Assembly (NCBI GenBank): GCA_963768855.1 | Contig: CAVYJM010000011.1 | Span: forward strand, 288,001 to 352,000 | DNA from: an uncultured Thermoplasmata archaeon | GTDB taxonomy: Archaea > Thermoplasmatota > Thermoplasmata > RBG-16-68-12 | DNA length: 64,000 nt | Direction of reading: 5' to 3' | Part shown: positions 22,241 to 32,257 of the stretch, piece after piece | Position numbering within the stretch: the stretch's first letter is position 1 | How the letters are laid out: each line of letters opens with the position of its first letter | Made by a program: the position numbers and the translations under genes | Notes under the pieces: generated by a model | Database searches by the model: none | Told to the model about the DNA's origin: nothing | Seen by the model: only the letters and a program-made list of their open reading frames with translations

Positions 22241-22972
22241 TTACTTCATCAACAGCGCCGCGCGGATTTCCTTCAGTCCCCGCACCCGTCCGAATTCGAG
22301 GAGCCCCTCGTGTTCGTCGACGCCGATGACGCGCGCGTCGTCGATGCCCGTCCGGTTGAGGATGGGCGAGAGGTACGGATAGGATGACACGTCCACTCCG
22401 AGGGCGAGCGGGCTGAACGCGGGCAGGACGATCAGCCGCTCCGTCACGAGGAAGGCTGGCACGCTGACGACCGCGCCGAGCTCGTCCTTGAGCTTGACCG
22501 CCGGATGCTCGTGCCCCATCACGATCGGATGGAGCGTGGAGACCTCTTCGTGGCCGTGGACGATCGTGTAGCCCCCAATGTCCGCCCGGTCGTGGAGGGT
22601 GAGGTTGAGATCCCCGAGGATCGTGGCGAGGTAGTTGTCGTGGTTGCCGCGGACCAGGACGGGCGTCACGCGCTCCCGGAGGAACCGCAGGACCTGCTTC
22701 ACCTCGATCCACTCGTCCGTCAGGTTCCGGGAGAACTCGTGCTTGAAGTCGCCCGCTACAACGACTTTCTCGGCCTTCACGCGGTCGAGCATCTTCCCGA
22801 GGCGTTCCAGGATGACGCGACGCTGGAAGCGCGGGATGGAGACGCCCTGCTCCGCGAGCGCCCCTTCGAAACCGAGATGCAGGTCCGAGATGACGAGGGT
22901 TCGTTCGTCACGGAGGAACAGGGCGAAGTCGCGGGTGACGTCCACGCCCTTCGCGACCTCGAGACGGTCCAC
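22241..22972 (-). CDS. calcineurin-like metallophosphoesterase (archaeal SbcD/Mre11-related family)
   Basis: SDLHLG, AGDFKH, RGNHD, HGH, MGHEHP, PAFSP. Confidence 0.88.
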   Translation of the reverse strand: MDRLEVAKGVDVTRDFALFLRDERTLVISDLHLGFEGALAEQGVSIPRFQRRVILERLGKMLDRVKAEKVVVAGDFKHEFSRNLTDEWIEVKQVLRFLRERVTPVLVRGNHDNYLATILGDLNLTLHDRADIGGYTIVHGHEEVSTLHPIVMGHEHPAVKLKDELGAVVSVPAFLVTERLIVLPAFSPLALGVDVSSYPYLSPILNRTGIDDARVIGVDEHEGLLEFGRVRGLKEIRAALLMK

Positions 22973-23015
22973 GTCGCACCGAACACGAAGCGCGGAGATA
23001 AGGGTTGAGTCGCGA

Positions 23016-23510
23016 TCAGATGCTCGGGCAGGTGGTCCCTCGGAACAGGCTCTCGGTGGGGTTGACGGCCCGGGGTGGCGCGATTGCGATCGTGTCAAGG
23101 ATGATGATGTGCGTCGTGTTCTCGCTCTCTGGGAGGAACGTCAAGTTGTAGTGACCCGGCCGGGGCGGGTCGTCGAAGGTGCCGGTGCAATAGAAACGCC
23201 AAGCGCCGGGAGGCGGGATGATAGGCGGCTCGCCCCAGATGGTCACGAACGGCGCGATGCCGTAGTCCGATCCCCAGGAGCCGATGAGCCGGGAGTTGTT
23301 CTCCACCAGCTGGAAGTCCACCTCAAACGGGGGCAGGCCAGGTCCCAACTGGATTCGGGTTCCGTCCGGTACGGGCAGGCCGCAGGTGTAGCCCGGGGCC
23401 GTCGTCCCGTAAACGAACAAGAGGACGAGCATTACGGCCGCAAGACTCACGGCGGGGATCGACACGCCGCGGCTCCCTCTCACGGAAGCGGAACGGTGGT
23501 CCCAGAGCAA
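23016..23510 (-). CDS. hypothetical membrane-anchored protein
   Basis: one N-terminal hydrophobic segment and a beta-rich domain; start uncertain (GTG 23465 is an alternative). Confidence 0.5.
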   Translation of the reverse strand: MLWDHRSASVRGSRGVSIPAVSLAAVMLVLLFVYGTTAPGYTCGLPVPDGTRIQLGPGLPPFEVDFQLVENNSRLIGSWGSDYGIAPFVTIWGEPPIIPPPGAWRFYCTGTFDDPPRPGHYNLTFLPESENTTHIIILDTIAIAPPRAVNPTESLFRGTTCPSI

Positions 23511-23635
23511 GAATCATTCGGTGTCGTATCCCTCCGCGTCGCTGAAGGGTATGGTGAAATAAAATGTGAGCTCCGCGCCGGCCGCAGCCAGGGGAGCTCG
23601 AACTAAGAAGGTTCGTCGCTCGTGTGCCGTTGCGT

Positions 23636-23809
23636 TTAGAATCGGCGCGGCCGGCGCTTCGCGAAACAGTCTCGGCAGTAGACGGGTCGAGCAGGGTCCG
23701 GTTTGAACGGGACCTGCGTGGCCTGCCCACAGTCTGCGCATACGGCGTCGTACATCTGGCGCGGACCGCGGTCGAAGCCGCCTCGTCTGCCGCCTCTCTC
23801 TTCGTCCAT
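23636..23809 (-). CDS. CxxC-x17-CxxC zinc-binding small protein (57 aa)
   Basis: manual translation MDEERGGRRGGFDRGPRQMYDAVCADCGQATQVPFKPDPARPVYCRDCFAKRRPRRF; exactly 17 residues between CxxC pairs; below the ORF-track cutoff. Confidence 0.9.
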   Translation of the reverse strand: MDEERGGRRGGFDRGPRQMYDAVCADCGQATQVPFKPDPARPVYCRDCFAKRRPRRF

Positions 23810-23932
23810 TTACTTACTACCTATCCGGGATTGGACCCGGATGGCGGTGTGACACCCCTACTGATTGATAAAGGTGCGTATCCGGTTTGAACTACCCGTT
23901 TCCTGGTCGCCCGTTTGGAACCGGCGCCTGGT

Positions 23933-24874
23933 TCAGCGCAGAGCACGGAGGACGACCTCGGCACGCGGGAACTGATCCTCCGTGAGACGCCCGAGGAGCT
24001 TTCTCCATCGCGGGTTCATCCTCCACGCGGCACGGGCGTCCGCGAGCGCGCCTTCCTCGTTCCCGAGGCGCATTCGCATCGCCGCCCGCCAGAAGAGCAG
24101 CTCATCGTTCCCCGGCGCCATCCGGACGGCCTCGGCGTACCGCCGCTCCGCCTCCCTCGCCCGGCCGTCGAGCACCTCCCGCTCCGCCGCGCCCCTGAGC
24201 TCGTACGCACGCTGCAGCTCCACGAGCCGCCGGAGCTCCCGGATGGGCTGCGCGTGGTCCTCGACGCGGAGGTCCGTCTTCCGCTCCGTCCACGGCTTCC
24301 CGCGCTCGCCCGGACCGACGACGAGGAGGGCGGCGGATTCCATGCCGCGCGCGTCCCCGCCGGCCCGCTGTCCCGCCTCGATGGCGGCCAGGAGGCGCTC
24401 GGCGAGGCGGCCCCGCGTCGACGTGAACGCGCGCCCCATCGCCGGCCAGACCCGGGCTGAGGCGAGCAAGTTCCCCTGGGCCGAATAGTCCCTCCCGATC
24501 ACGTGTCCGGCGTACTCGATGCATCCTGCGCCCGTCCACGCTGCGGCCCGCCCGCGCGCATCGATCACCCCGACCTGCCGCACCTCCCGTTTCGGGTCCC
24601 GGGCCGTGAGCTGACGCAGGACCTTCGAGGGCGGGAGGCGGCGCGCGAGGAGGCGCAGCGAGCGCGGCCCGTACGCCGGCTCGACGAAGGACTGGGTCGC
24701 GACCGCTCCGACGCCATAGGCGGCCCAGGGGACCGCGGACCCCACAGAGAAGTAGTGGGACTGGACCGCGATGCCCAGCTCCTTCGCCCGTGGGTCGCGC
24801 GCGACGATCGAGAAGGTGGAGGCCAGGCGGTCGGGTCCCCCACGGGTTCGGCGGGAGGTCGTAGGATCTCGCAT
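23933..24874 (-). CDS. DUF1028 (Ntn-hydrolase-like) protein with C-terminal TPR-like helices
   Basis: STFSIVARDP, GVGAVATQS, QGNLL, GGDARGMESAAL, DLRVEDHAQPIRELRRL. Confidence 0.88.
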   Translation of the reverse strand: MRDPTTSRRTRGGPDRLASTFSIVARDPRAKELGIAVQSHYFSVGSAVPWAAYGVGAVATQSFVEPAYGPRSLRLLARRLPPSKVLRQLTARDPKREVRQVGVIDARGRAAAWTGAGCIEYAGHVIGRDYSAQGNLLASARVWPAMGRAFTSTRGRLAERLLAAIEAGQRAGGDARGMESAALLVVGPGERGKPWTERKTDLRVEDHAQPIRELRRLVELQRAYELRGAAEREVLDGRAREAERRYAEAVRMAPGNDELLFWRAAMRMRLGNEEGALADARAAWRMNPRWRKLLGRLTEDQFPRAEVVLRALR

Positions 24875-24949
24875 GGGGGGCCTCAACCGGCGTCCGCGTC
24901 ATCAGGCTGATGGGCTCGGCGGAGGGTTCCCTGAAATACGCGTCCTACC

Positions 24950-25639
24950 ATGGCGACGCCGATGCGGCTCGCGCTGCTTGCCGACATCCACGCGAACCTC
25001 CCCGCGCTCCAGGCCGTGCTGAGGGACGTGGACACCGTCGGGGCGGATCAGATCTGGGTGGCGGGGGACCTCGTTGGGTACAACCCCTGGCCCAACCAGG
25101 TCCTCCAGGTCCTGCGGGAGCGGAAGGTCCGCGCGATCCGCGGCAACCACGACCGCGCCTCCCTGAGCGGGGACACCTCCTGGCTCAACGAGCTCGCGGC
25201 CGCGGCGGTCCGCTGGACCCGCATCGTGCTCACGCCGGCGAGCGTTGGCTACCTGACATCCCTCGAGGACCGCATGCGGGTCTCCCTGCCGCACGGGATC
25301 GTCGCGATGTACCACGGCAGCCCGCGGAACGACGACGAGTACGTGATGCCCTGGGCCGCGGACGAGGCGCTCATGAGGGTCGCCCAGGCCCACTTCGTCG
25401 TCCTCGGGCACACGCACGTCCCCATGGCCTTCTCCTCCCGCTACGGGATCCTCGTGAATCCGGGGAGCGTCGGCCAGCCGAGGGACCATGATCCTCGTGC
25501 GGCGTGGGCGCTCCTGGAGACGGCGACCGGAGGGGTGCTGGAGCGCCGCGTCCCCTACGACGTCGGAGCGGCGGTCGCGGAGATCCACAAGGCAGGCCTT
25601 CCCGCCGAGCTCGGCGACCGCCTGCAGTGGGGCGTCTAG
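24950..25639 (+). CDS. metallophosphoesterase (YfcE/MJ0912-like)
   Basis: ADIHAN, GDLVGY, RGNHD, HGSP, GHTH, NPGSVGQPRD. Confidence 0.92.
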   Translation: MATPMRLALLADIHANLPALQAVLRDVDTVGADQIWVAGDLVGYNPWPNQVLQVLRERKVRAIRGNHDRASLSGDTSWLNELAAAAVRWTRIVLTPASVGYLTSLEDRMRVSLPHGIVAMYHGSPRNDDEYVMPWAADEALMRVAQAHFVVLGHTHVPMAFSSRYGILVNPGSVGQPRDHDPRAAWALLETATGGVLERRVPYDVGAAVAEIHKAGLPAELGDRLQWGV

Positions 25640-25676
25640 CCGGAGAGATGATATCGCTCCCGCGGTTCCGGGGGGC

Positions 25677-26537
25677 GTGGTCCCCCTCTGGCTCCTCCTG
25701 GCGTCCGTGGACATGATGTCCTGGGGCGTCGGCCAGGTGCTCGTGAAGCGGGCGACGGACCGGCTCGGGGCCGTGACGATGGTCCTGTTCGTGACCCTCG
25801 TGGACGGGGTCCTGTACCTGGCCGTGTTCCTGGCGGCGGCCCAGCCGCTCGCGGCCACCCTCGAGACCTATGTGTGCGCGACCCTGACCTCGGTCGTCGG
25901 CATCACGGGGTACATCCTGTACTTCGAGGCCCTCCTGCGAGGCAACGTCTCCGTGGTGGCGACGATCACCGCGGGCTCCCCGATCATCACGATCCTGGGG
26001 GCGATCGCGTTCCTCCACGAGACCCCGACCGTCGCGGAGGCCGTCGGCATGGCCCTGCTCGTCGCGGTGATCCTGATCCTCTCCTACGAGCCTCTCGGCG
26101 GGGAGTGGAAGATCCCCCTGGCGGTCACTCTGTCCGTCGCGATCCTCCTCCTCTGGGGCGTCTGGGGCATCCTGACCAAGGTCGCGGTCGACGCGCCCGG
26201 CTTCGGCCCGTGGCAGCTCCTCCTCTTCTATAGCCTCTCGAACTTCTGCGCAGGGATCCCGTACTACCTGTGGCGGCGGAAGCGGTTCCCGCCGCCGAAC
26301 CCCTCCTGGCGCGCCTACGCGATCGGTGCGGGCGGCTTCCTCCTGATGATGATCGGCATCGTCGCCGCCACGGTCGCCCTGTCCATCGGCGACGCGTCCC
26401 TCGTGACCGCGGTTGGCGGCTGCGCCCCCGTCGTGACGTCGCTCGTGGCCTACGCGGTCCTCAAGGAGAAGGCGACCCCCCTCCGCGTCCTCGCGCTCCT
26501 CCTGTTCATCCCCGGGATCGTCCTCGTCGCGTTCTAG
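25677..26537 (+). CDS. DMT/EamA family transporter
   Basis: ten TM helices in two EamA repeats (LVKRAT...; LTKVAV...; AYAVLKEK); GTG start. Confidence 0.9.
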   Translation: MVPLWLLLASVDMMSWGVGQVLVKRATDRLGAVTMVLFVTLVDGVLYLAVFLAAAQPLAATLETYVCATLTSVVGITGYILYFEALLRGNVSVVATITAGSPIITILGAIAFLHETPTVAEAVGMALLVAVILILSYEPLGGEWKIPLAVTLSVAILLLWGVWGILTKVAVDAPGFGPWQLLLFYSLSNFCAGIPYYLWRRKRFPPPNPSWRAYAIGAGGFLLMMIGIVAATVALSIGDASLVTAVGGCAPVVTSLVAYAVLKEKATPLRVLALLLFIPGIVLVAF

Positions 26538-26719
26538 CGCATCGGGTACCCGGTCCGTGGACGTCCTTCCGAGATTCCCATTGGAATAAAACAGACAACT
26601 GCACGCCTCCGTGCTGTGCACACGATTCATTTGTCTAATTCAGAAGGCAAGAGGGCTCGGAACGTACTTATAGCGACGAGCGGATATGATGAATGTAGGA
26701 AATCACAGGGCGGATCTCC

Positions 26720-26899
26720 ATGACGACGAACCGAGCACGGGACTGGGCCCGGCGCCACTACGACTACCCTGGCGGAGTCCCGACGTGCCCCAGCTGCGCG
26801 CGGCCGCTCGACGAGTGCGCGTGCGTCTGCCCCTTCTGCGGCGAGCGGAACGGCTGCCGATGCTGCATCGGCTACGGGATCGCGACGGGCGGCGACTGA
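26720..26899 (+). CDS. small cysteine-rich protein (59 aa, 9 Cys)
   Basis: manual translation MTTNRARDWARRHYDYPGGVPTCPSCARPLDECACVCPFCGERNGCRCCIGYGIATGGD; upstream TATA-like TACTTATA; below the ORF-track cutoff. Confidence 0.75.
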   Translation: MTTNRARDWARRHYDYPGGVPTCPSCARPLDECACVCPFCGERNGCRCCIGYGIATGGD

Positions 26900-27004
26900 G
26901 CGCTCCCCCGCGACCGCCATCGATGCACACTTTCGCGGCCGGAGGCTTCGAGGGTTGTCCAAGAACCTTTATCCCCGCGCGGGCCCACGGGAAGGCTGAT
27001 ACCC

Positions 27005-27523
27005 ATGAAGCATGCGGGCCTTTGGGCCATCGCGATCGCGGCCATCCTGGTCGTCGGTGGCATCGCCGCGTACTTCCTGCTGTACCAGGGAGAAGTGGCG
27101 GTCTACGTCAAGGATGCACCCGGCACATGGGCACACGTCTACGTGACCTTCTCGGGCGTGGCGATCCACGAATCCGGGCAGGGCAACGCGTCGTGGACCA
27201 ACGTCAGCTCGACCAGGCAGACGGTGGATCTCGCCGTGCTCACGAACGTGTCCCAGCTGCTGGGCTCCGTGCGGCTGAACCCCGGCCACTATGAGCAGAT
27301 CCGGCTCAGCGTGGTCAACGTGACGGGCGTGCTGTCGGGGACCAACCAGACCGTGACCATCAGCGTGCCGCCCGACAATGCCACGCTCAAGATCGTCGGG
27401 CAGTTCACGGTGTCGTCGGGTCAGACGACGAGCATCACGGTGGACATCTTCCTCGACCGATCGATCCGGGACGTCAACGGGACGTGGATGTTCACGCCGG
27501 TCGTCGGCTCGACCGTCCACTGA
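27005..27523 (+). CDS. DUF4382 domain membrane-anchored protein
   Basis: N-terminal TM, VYVKDAP...VYVTFSGVAIH, TVDLAVL, PGHYEQIRLSV. Confidence 0.8.
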   Translation: MKHAGLWAIAIAAILVVGGIAAYFLLYQGEVAVYVKDAPGTWAHVYVTFSGVAIHESGQGNASWTNVSSTRQTVDLAVLTNVSQLLGSVRLNPGHYEQIRLSVVNVTGVLSGTNQTVTISVPPDNATLKIVGQFTVSSGQTTSITVDIFLDRSIRDVNGTWMFTPVVGSTVH

Positions 27524-27565
27524 GCGCGACCGGAACCCTCCTTTCCCTTTTCTGGACCTGGGGCC

Positions 27566-27913
27566 TCAGCGCCCCAGGGCCATTTCCTTGAGAGCGATCG
27601 CCTGGTTGCGCAACGCGTCCTTGGAGCCGTAGACCAGGGTCACGTCCTCCCCTTTCGCGCGCTCCGCGATGGACCGGAGGTCTTCCCATTTCCCGCTCTT
27701 GCGGAGCTCTTCCTCGTAGCGCCGCCTGAACTCGTCCCACTTGCCCGGGTCGTGGCCGTACCACTTCCGCAGGGCGTTGCTCGGGGCGAGGTCCTTCCGC
27801 CATTCGTCCACGTGGGCCCTCTCCTTCGTGAAGCCCCGCGGCCAGAGGCGGTCGACGAGGATGCGGTAGCCGTCCTCCGGGGAGGAGGCCTCGTAGATTC
27901 GTTTGACTTTCAA
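27566..27913 (-). CDS. DUF488 (YeaO-like) protein
   Basis: KRIYE...DGYRILVDRLWPRG...DLAPS...LRKWYGHD, VTLVYGSKD...NQAIALKE; TTG start assumed. Confidence 0.9.
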   Translation of the reverse strand: MKVKRIYEASSPEDGYRILVDRLWPRGFTKERAHVDEWRKDLAPSNALRKWYGHDPGKWDEFRRRYEEELRKSGKWEDLRSIAERAKGEDVTLVYGSKDALRNQAIALKEMALGR

Positions 27914-28013
27914 CAGGGACTCGCCAACCCCCGCACAACCGTCCTTCCTCGAGAAGGTTGCGCGTTCGGGGTCCTGATCCAGACCTCGCGAGCACGCCGT
28001 TGGAATCGAGGAG

Positions 28014-28085
28014 TGGACCGGCTGGGATTTGAACCCAGGACTTCCTGCTTGCAAAGCAGGCGATCTTCCACTGATCTACCGGCCC
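28014..28085 (-). tRNA. tRNA-Ala (anticodon UGC)
   Basis: GGGCCGG acceptor with G3:U70, anticodon arm CCTGC-TTTGCAA-GCAGG, T arm GGTTCAAATCC; CCA not encoded; no intron. Confidence 0.97.
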
Positions 28086-28294
28086 GACGCGCGCGCAGAG
28101 CGTGGCGGCGCACATGAAACTTCGCCTCGCCGAGTGCGCGGACCCCCATTTCCGCTGGACGCGCGGGGGGACGCGGTTCCGCCCCAGCGGTCATTATTAT
28201 TCATCCTCCCATATGCTGATTCCCTCCATATGTACCACCGACCGGAACCATAATGTAAGGGCGTCCGCTCAGGGTCCGACAAGGGGTTCCAAGT

Positions 28295-29992
28295 ATGCGC
28301 GCGCGAAAGGTAGTGCTAACCGTCAGCGGGTTGCTGGCGCTCTTGGTCGCGGTCTACGTCCCGGCCTCCGCCCTGCTCATCCCGGCCGTCTCTCCGGTCA
28401 CCTCCGTGGGAGGGGACGCGACCCCCGCCTCGAGCCTCGCGTCGCTGCCGGCCTACTCGCCGGCGGACATCTGGGTGAACTACACCTCGAACGGCACGGA
28501 TGGCCAGAGCGGGGTCTTCTGGACCGAACTGTGGTACGAGAGCGTCCACACGCCCCAGTGGACCCAGTATGCCCCGCCCTGGAATCCGAGCGGCGAATGG
28601 ACCGGGGTTCCTGCCACGGGGGGCCGCCAGGCGCAGACCGGTTCCATCCTTTTCGACACGCACTTCGCCGGCGGCGAGGACGCCTACAACTTCACGACGG
28701 TCTCCGTGGACCGCGGCTACCTTCGCGAGGCCGGGCCTCCAAGCTGCGCCCCGGCGGCCGCTTGCGCACGCAAGGCGCACACGACGGTCGACACGCACGC
28801 CCCGGTCCTCTTCGTCGCCCACCCAACCCCGAGCAGCTGGACGAACTCCCAGTCGCTCCAGTGGAGCGCGGTGGATGAGGTCTCCGGGGTGGGGAGCGTC
28901 ATCGTCTCCGTCGACCAGCGGTCCCCGCAGAGCTTCGCGGACGCAAGTGGCTCCGTGAACATGTCCCTCGGGACGCAGGGCGCGCACACCGTCACGGTCA
29001 CCGCGGCGGATCGCGCAGGGAACGCGATCACGGTCCCGATCCCCTTCCAGTACGACACCCATGCGCCGAGCCTGCAAATCACATCGCCTGCGGCAGATCG
29101 CTGGCTCAACACACCCGAGGTCAATGTCGAGTGGACCCTGTCGGACCCCGCGGGGATCACGAACCTCGAGCTGCGGGTCGATTCAGGCCCCGCGGCCGTC
29201 TTGCCGGCCGGGACGACCGCGTACGGGTTGCCGAGCCTCGCGGAAAGGGGTCATGTGGTCAGCCTCCTCGCGGTGGACGCCGCGGGCAACATCGCGACCG
29301 AGACGGTCGTCTTCGGGATCGACGCGACCCCGCCCTCCCTTCAGATCGTGAGCCCGGTCACGGACACGTTCTCCAACGCCCACCAGCTCCAGGCCCTGTG
29401 GATGGGCTCGGACATCGGCTCGGGGATCGACCATTACGAGGTGTCCCTCGACGGAGGATCGCCGGTATCCCTCTCCAACACGGCGGGCTATGTGTTCCCG
29501 AGCATCTCGGAAGGGGAACACGGGGTGGCCGTCACCGCGTTTGACCGTGCGGGCAACCGCGCGGAGGCCAACTCAAGCGTCCAGGTGGACTACACGCCTC
29601 CCGGGGTCGTGATCTCGGCCCCGCCCGCCGGGGCCACGGTGTACGGCGCGCCGTTCGTGAACTGGACGGCCACGGACCTCGGATCCGGCATTGCGCGGGT
29701 CCTCGTCGTGACGGACGGCGCGAGCCAGACCGCGTCGACCACCCAGGCCACCGCCGCGCTCCCGGCGTCGCTCCGCCTCGGTCCGCATGCGGTCACGGTC
29801 CAGGTGTGGGACCAGGCTGGCAACATGAACGAGGCCACGATCGCCTTCACGTACGGCGGGCTCGTGCCTCCCGCACCGAGCGGCTCCGGCCTGCCCGCAT
29901 TCGACTTCCTCTTCGTCATGGTCGTCATCGTCGCGGTGGCGATCGGTTCCGCCTATTACGCGCTGCGCCGGCGCAGGCGGCTCAAGACCTAG
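28295..29992 (+). CDS. surface protein with four Ig-like repeats and C-terminal TM anchor
   Basis: signal peptide; repeats starting DTHAP/DTHAP/DATPP/DYTPP and ending (D)-x-AGN; TM then RRRRRLK. Confidence 0.85.
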   Translation: MRARKVVLTVSGLLALLVAVYVPASALLIPAVSPVTSVGGDATPASSLASLPAYSPADIWVNYTSNGTDGQSGVFWTELWYESVHTPQWTQYAPPWNPSGEWTGVPATGGRQAQTGSILFDTHFAGGEDAYNFTTVSVDRGYLREAGPPSCAPAAACARKAHTTVDTHAPVLFVAHPTPSSWTNSQSLQWSAVDEVSGVGSVIVSVDQRSPQSFADASGSVNMSLGTQGAHTVTVTAADRAGNAITVPIPFQYDTHAPSLQITSPAADRWLNTPEVNVEWTLSDPAGITNLELRVDSGPAAVLPAGTTAYGLPSLAERGHVVSLLAVDAAGNIATETVVFGIDATPPSLQIVSPVTDTFSNAHQLQALWMGSDIGSGIDHYEVSLDGGSPVSLSNTAGYVFPSISEGEHGVAVTAFDRAGNRAEANSSVQVDYTPPGVVISAPPAGATVYGAPFVNWTATDLGSGIARVLVVTDGASQTASTTQATAALPASLRLGPHAVTVQVWDQAGNMNEATIAFTYGGLVPPAPSGSGLPAFDFLFVMVVIVAVAIGSAYYALRRRRRLKT

Positions 29993-30079
29993 TTCCGGAC
30001 CCACCCGCCTCCGGGGCGGGTCTTCCCCTGGTTCCCCTTGCGCCAGAATCCTTTTCCGCGGTCGCGCGATGCCGCGGCG

Positions 30080-30604
30080 ATGCGGGAAGGCGTCGCGAAG
30101 CTGCTGCGCTGGTTCGTCGGACTCAGCCTGATCCTCGGGACGTTCGCGCTCCTCGCCGGGGCCATCGGTCTCCAAGCCTCGTCCCCATCGAACCCGTGGC
30201 TGGACCTGCTCATCGCGATCGCCGTCCTGGCGATGGTCGTCCTCGCCGCCTTGGAGCAGTCGACCGCGTGGCCGCCTTCCTGGCCGTGGTACGTTCCCGC
30301 GGCACTCCCGGTCGTGCTGCTGATGATGGGAGTCGTGTGGGCCCACCTCCAGGACCCGCAGGGACACCTCTTCCTGAGCGGTTTCGCCCCGTTCGTGGCC
30401 TTCCTTACCGGGCTCGGGTTCCTGAAGCGGCGCCCCTGGTCCTGGCCCGTCGCGTTCGCGTCGGTGACCGGTTTCGGGCCCACGATCCTCCTGTTCGCAC
30501 CCCTCGCCCTCGAGACCGTGTACGCGGCCCTCGTCCTGTTCGTGATCGATGCCGTATTCCTGCTTGCGCTGGTTCAGTCAAGCTTTGAACCGTCGTCCGC
30601 GTAG
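30080..30604 (+). CDS. multi-pass membrane protein
   Basis: about six hydrophobic helices; ATG 30080. Confidence 0.7.
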   Translation: MREGVAKLLRWFVGLSLILGTFALLAGAIGLQASSPSNPWLDLLIAIAVLAMVVLAALEQSTAWPPSWPWYVPAALPVVLLMMGVVWAHLQDPQGHLFLSGFAPFVAFLTGLGFLKRRPWSWPVAFASVTGFGPTILLFAPLALETVYAALVLFVIDAVFLLALVQSSFEPSSA

Positions 30605-30633
30605 CTCCGTCCGGACCGAGCGCCCGGCGGTCG

Positions 30634-30945
30634 TCACGACCGCAGGACGATCTCGATGTTGACGCCGTCGGGGACCTGGATGCGCATGAGCTGCCGCAGG
30701 GCGCGCTCGTCCGCGTCGAGGTCGATGAGCCGCTTGTGGATCCGCATCTCCCAGCGGTCCCATGTCTCGGACCCCTCGCCGTCCGGGCTCTTGCGCACCG
30801 GGACGACGAGGCGCTTCGTCGGGAGCGGGATCGGCCCGGCCATCGCGACGCCCGTGCGCTCGCTGATGAGCTTGATCTGCTGGCACACGTTGTCGACCTT
30901 CTTCGGGTCGGTGCCGCTGAGGGATATCCGGGCCTTCTGTGCCAT
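30634..30945 (-). CDS. rpsJ: 30S ribosomal protein uS10
   Basis: [43 protein letters not shown]. Confidence 0.97.
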   Translation of the reverse strand: MAQKARISLSGTDPKKVDNVCQQIKLISERTGVAMAGPIPLPTKRLVVPVRKSPDGEGSETWDRWEMRIHKRLIDLDADERALRQLMRIQVPDGVNIEIVLRS

Positions 30946-30985
30946 GTCTTGAATCACCAAAAGGAAGGGGAAAGGAGGAAGGAGG

Positions 30986-32257
30986 TCACCGCTTCTCGAC
31001 GTCGATGACCTGTCCGGCCGCGACGGTCTGGCCCATGTCGCGGATGGCGAACCGACCGAGTTGGGGGAACGCCTTCGCGGGTTCGATGACCATGGGCTTC
31101 GTCGGGCGGATCTTCACGCGCGCCGCGTCCCCGGTCTTCAGGAACTCCGGCTTCTCGGGCTTCGCCGCGCCCGTCTTCGGATCCAGGGCCGCGATGATCT
31201 CCTCGAACGTGCACGCGACCTGGGCCGTGTGGGCGTGGAAGACCGGTGTGTAGCCAACCGTGATGACGGACGGGTGGTTCAGCACGACGATCTGCGCGGT
31301 GAACGTCTTGGCGACCGTGGGCGGGTTGTCCACGGGCCCGGCGACGTCGCCCCGGCGCAGGTCCTTCTTGTCGACGCCGCGCACGTTGAACCCGACGTTG
31401 TCGCCCGGCTCGGCCTGCGGGATCTGCTCGTGGTGCATCTCGATCGACTTGACCTCGCCGACCTTGTCCGCGGGCATGAAGTGGACCTTCATCCCGGCCT
31501 TCAAGATGCCCGTCTCGACCCGGCCGACCGGGACCGTGCCCGCGCCCGTGATGCTGTAGACATCCTGCACGGGGAGGCGGAGCGGCTTGTCCAGCGGCTT
31601 CGGCGGCACCGTGAGGTCGTTGAGGGCCGCGACGAGGAACGGTCCCTTGTACCAGGCCATCTTCGTCGAGGCCTTGGCAATGTTCTCTCCCTTGTACGAG
31701 CTGATCGGGATGAAGGGAATCCTGTCCACCTTGTACCCGATGCTCTTCAGGAGCGTGGACACCTCGGCCTTGATCTCATTGTAGCGGGCCTCGGAATACT
31801 CCGGCTTCGTCGCGTCCATCTTGTTGACCGCGACGACGAGCTGCTCGACGCCGAGCGTCCGCGCGAGGAAGATGTGCTCCCGCGTCTGGGTCTGCGGGCC
31901 TTCCGCGGCTCCGACAACCAGCACGGCCGCGTCGGCCTGGGACGTCCCCGTGATCATGTTCTTCACGAAGTCCCGGTGGCCTGGGGCGTCGATGATGGTG
32001 AAGTAGTACTTGTCCGTGTCAAAGCGCTTGTGCGCGACGTCGATCGTGAGGCCGCGCTCGCGCTCCTCCTTCACTTGGTCCATGACAAAGGCGAACTCAA
32101 AGGTGGCCTTGCCCATCTGTTCGGCGAGCTTCTTCAAATTCTCGAGCTCGTGCGGGTCGATGTTTCCCGTGTCGTACAGGATTCGACCGACGGTCGTCGA
32201 CTTCCCGTGGTCGACGTGACCGATGAACACGAGGTTCAAGTGTGGCTTGGCGGGCAT
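30986..32257 (-). CDS. tuf: translation elongation factor EF-1alpha
   Basis: [52 protein letters not shown]. Confidence 0.98.
   Translation of the reverse strand: MPAKPHLNLVFIGHVDHGKSTTVGRILYDTGNIDPHELENLKKLAEQMGKATFEFAFVMDQVKEERERGLTIDVAHKRFDTDKYYFTIIDAPGHRDFVKNMITGTSQADAAVLVVGAAEGPQTQTREHIFLARTLGVEQLVVAVNKMDATKPEYSEARYNEIKAEVSTLLKSIGYKVDRIPFIPISSYKGENIAKASTKMAWYKGPFLVAALNDLTVPPKPLDKPLRLPVQDVYSITGAGTVPVGRVETGILKAGMKVHFMPADKVGEVKSIEMHHEQIPQAEPGDNVGFNVRGVDKKDLRRGDVAGPVDNPPTVAKTFTAQIVVLNHPSVITVGYTPVFHAHTAQVACTFEEIIAALDPKTGAAKPEKPEFLKTGDAARVKIRPTKPMVIEPAKAFPQLGRFAIRDMGQTVAAGQVIDVEKR

Noticed and set aside
23514-23741. 75-aa ORF from the track
   Set aside because: Overlaps the real CxxC-x17-CxxC gene out of frame and runs through a terminator-like GAGCTC...GAGCTC/T-rich segment
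26687-26750. C/D box sRNA (ATGATGA plus ATGACGA)
   Set aside because: No CTGA D/D' boxes at suitable spacing, and the second box overlaps the microprotein start codon
27950-28100. Integrated element at tRNA-Ala
   Set aside because: No integrase and no duplicated tRNA 3' end noticed elsewhere in the window
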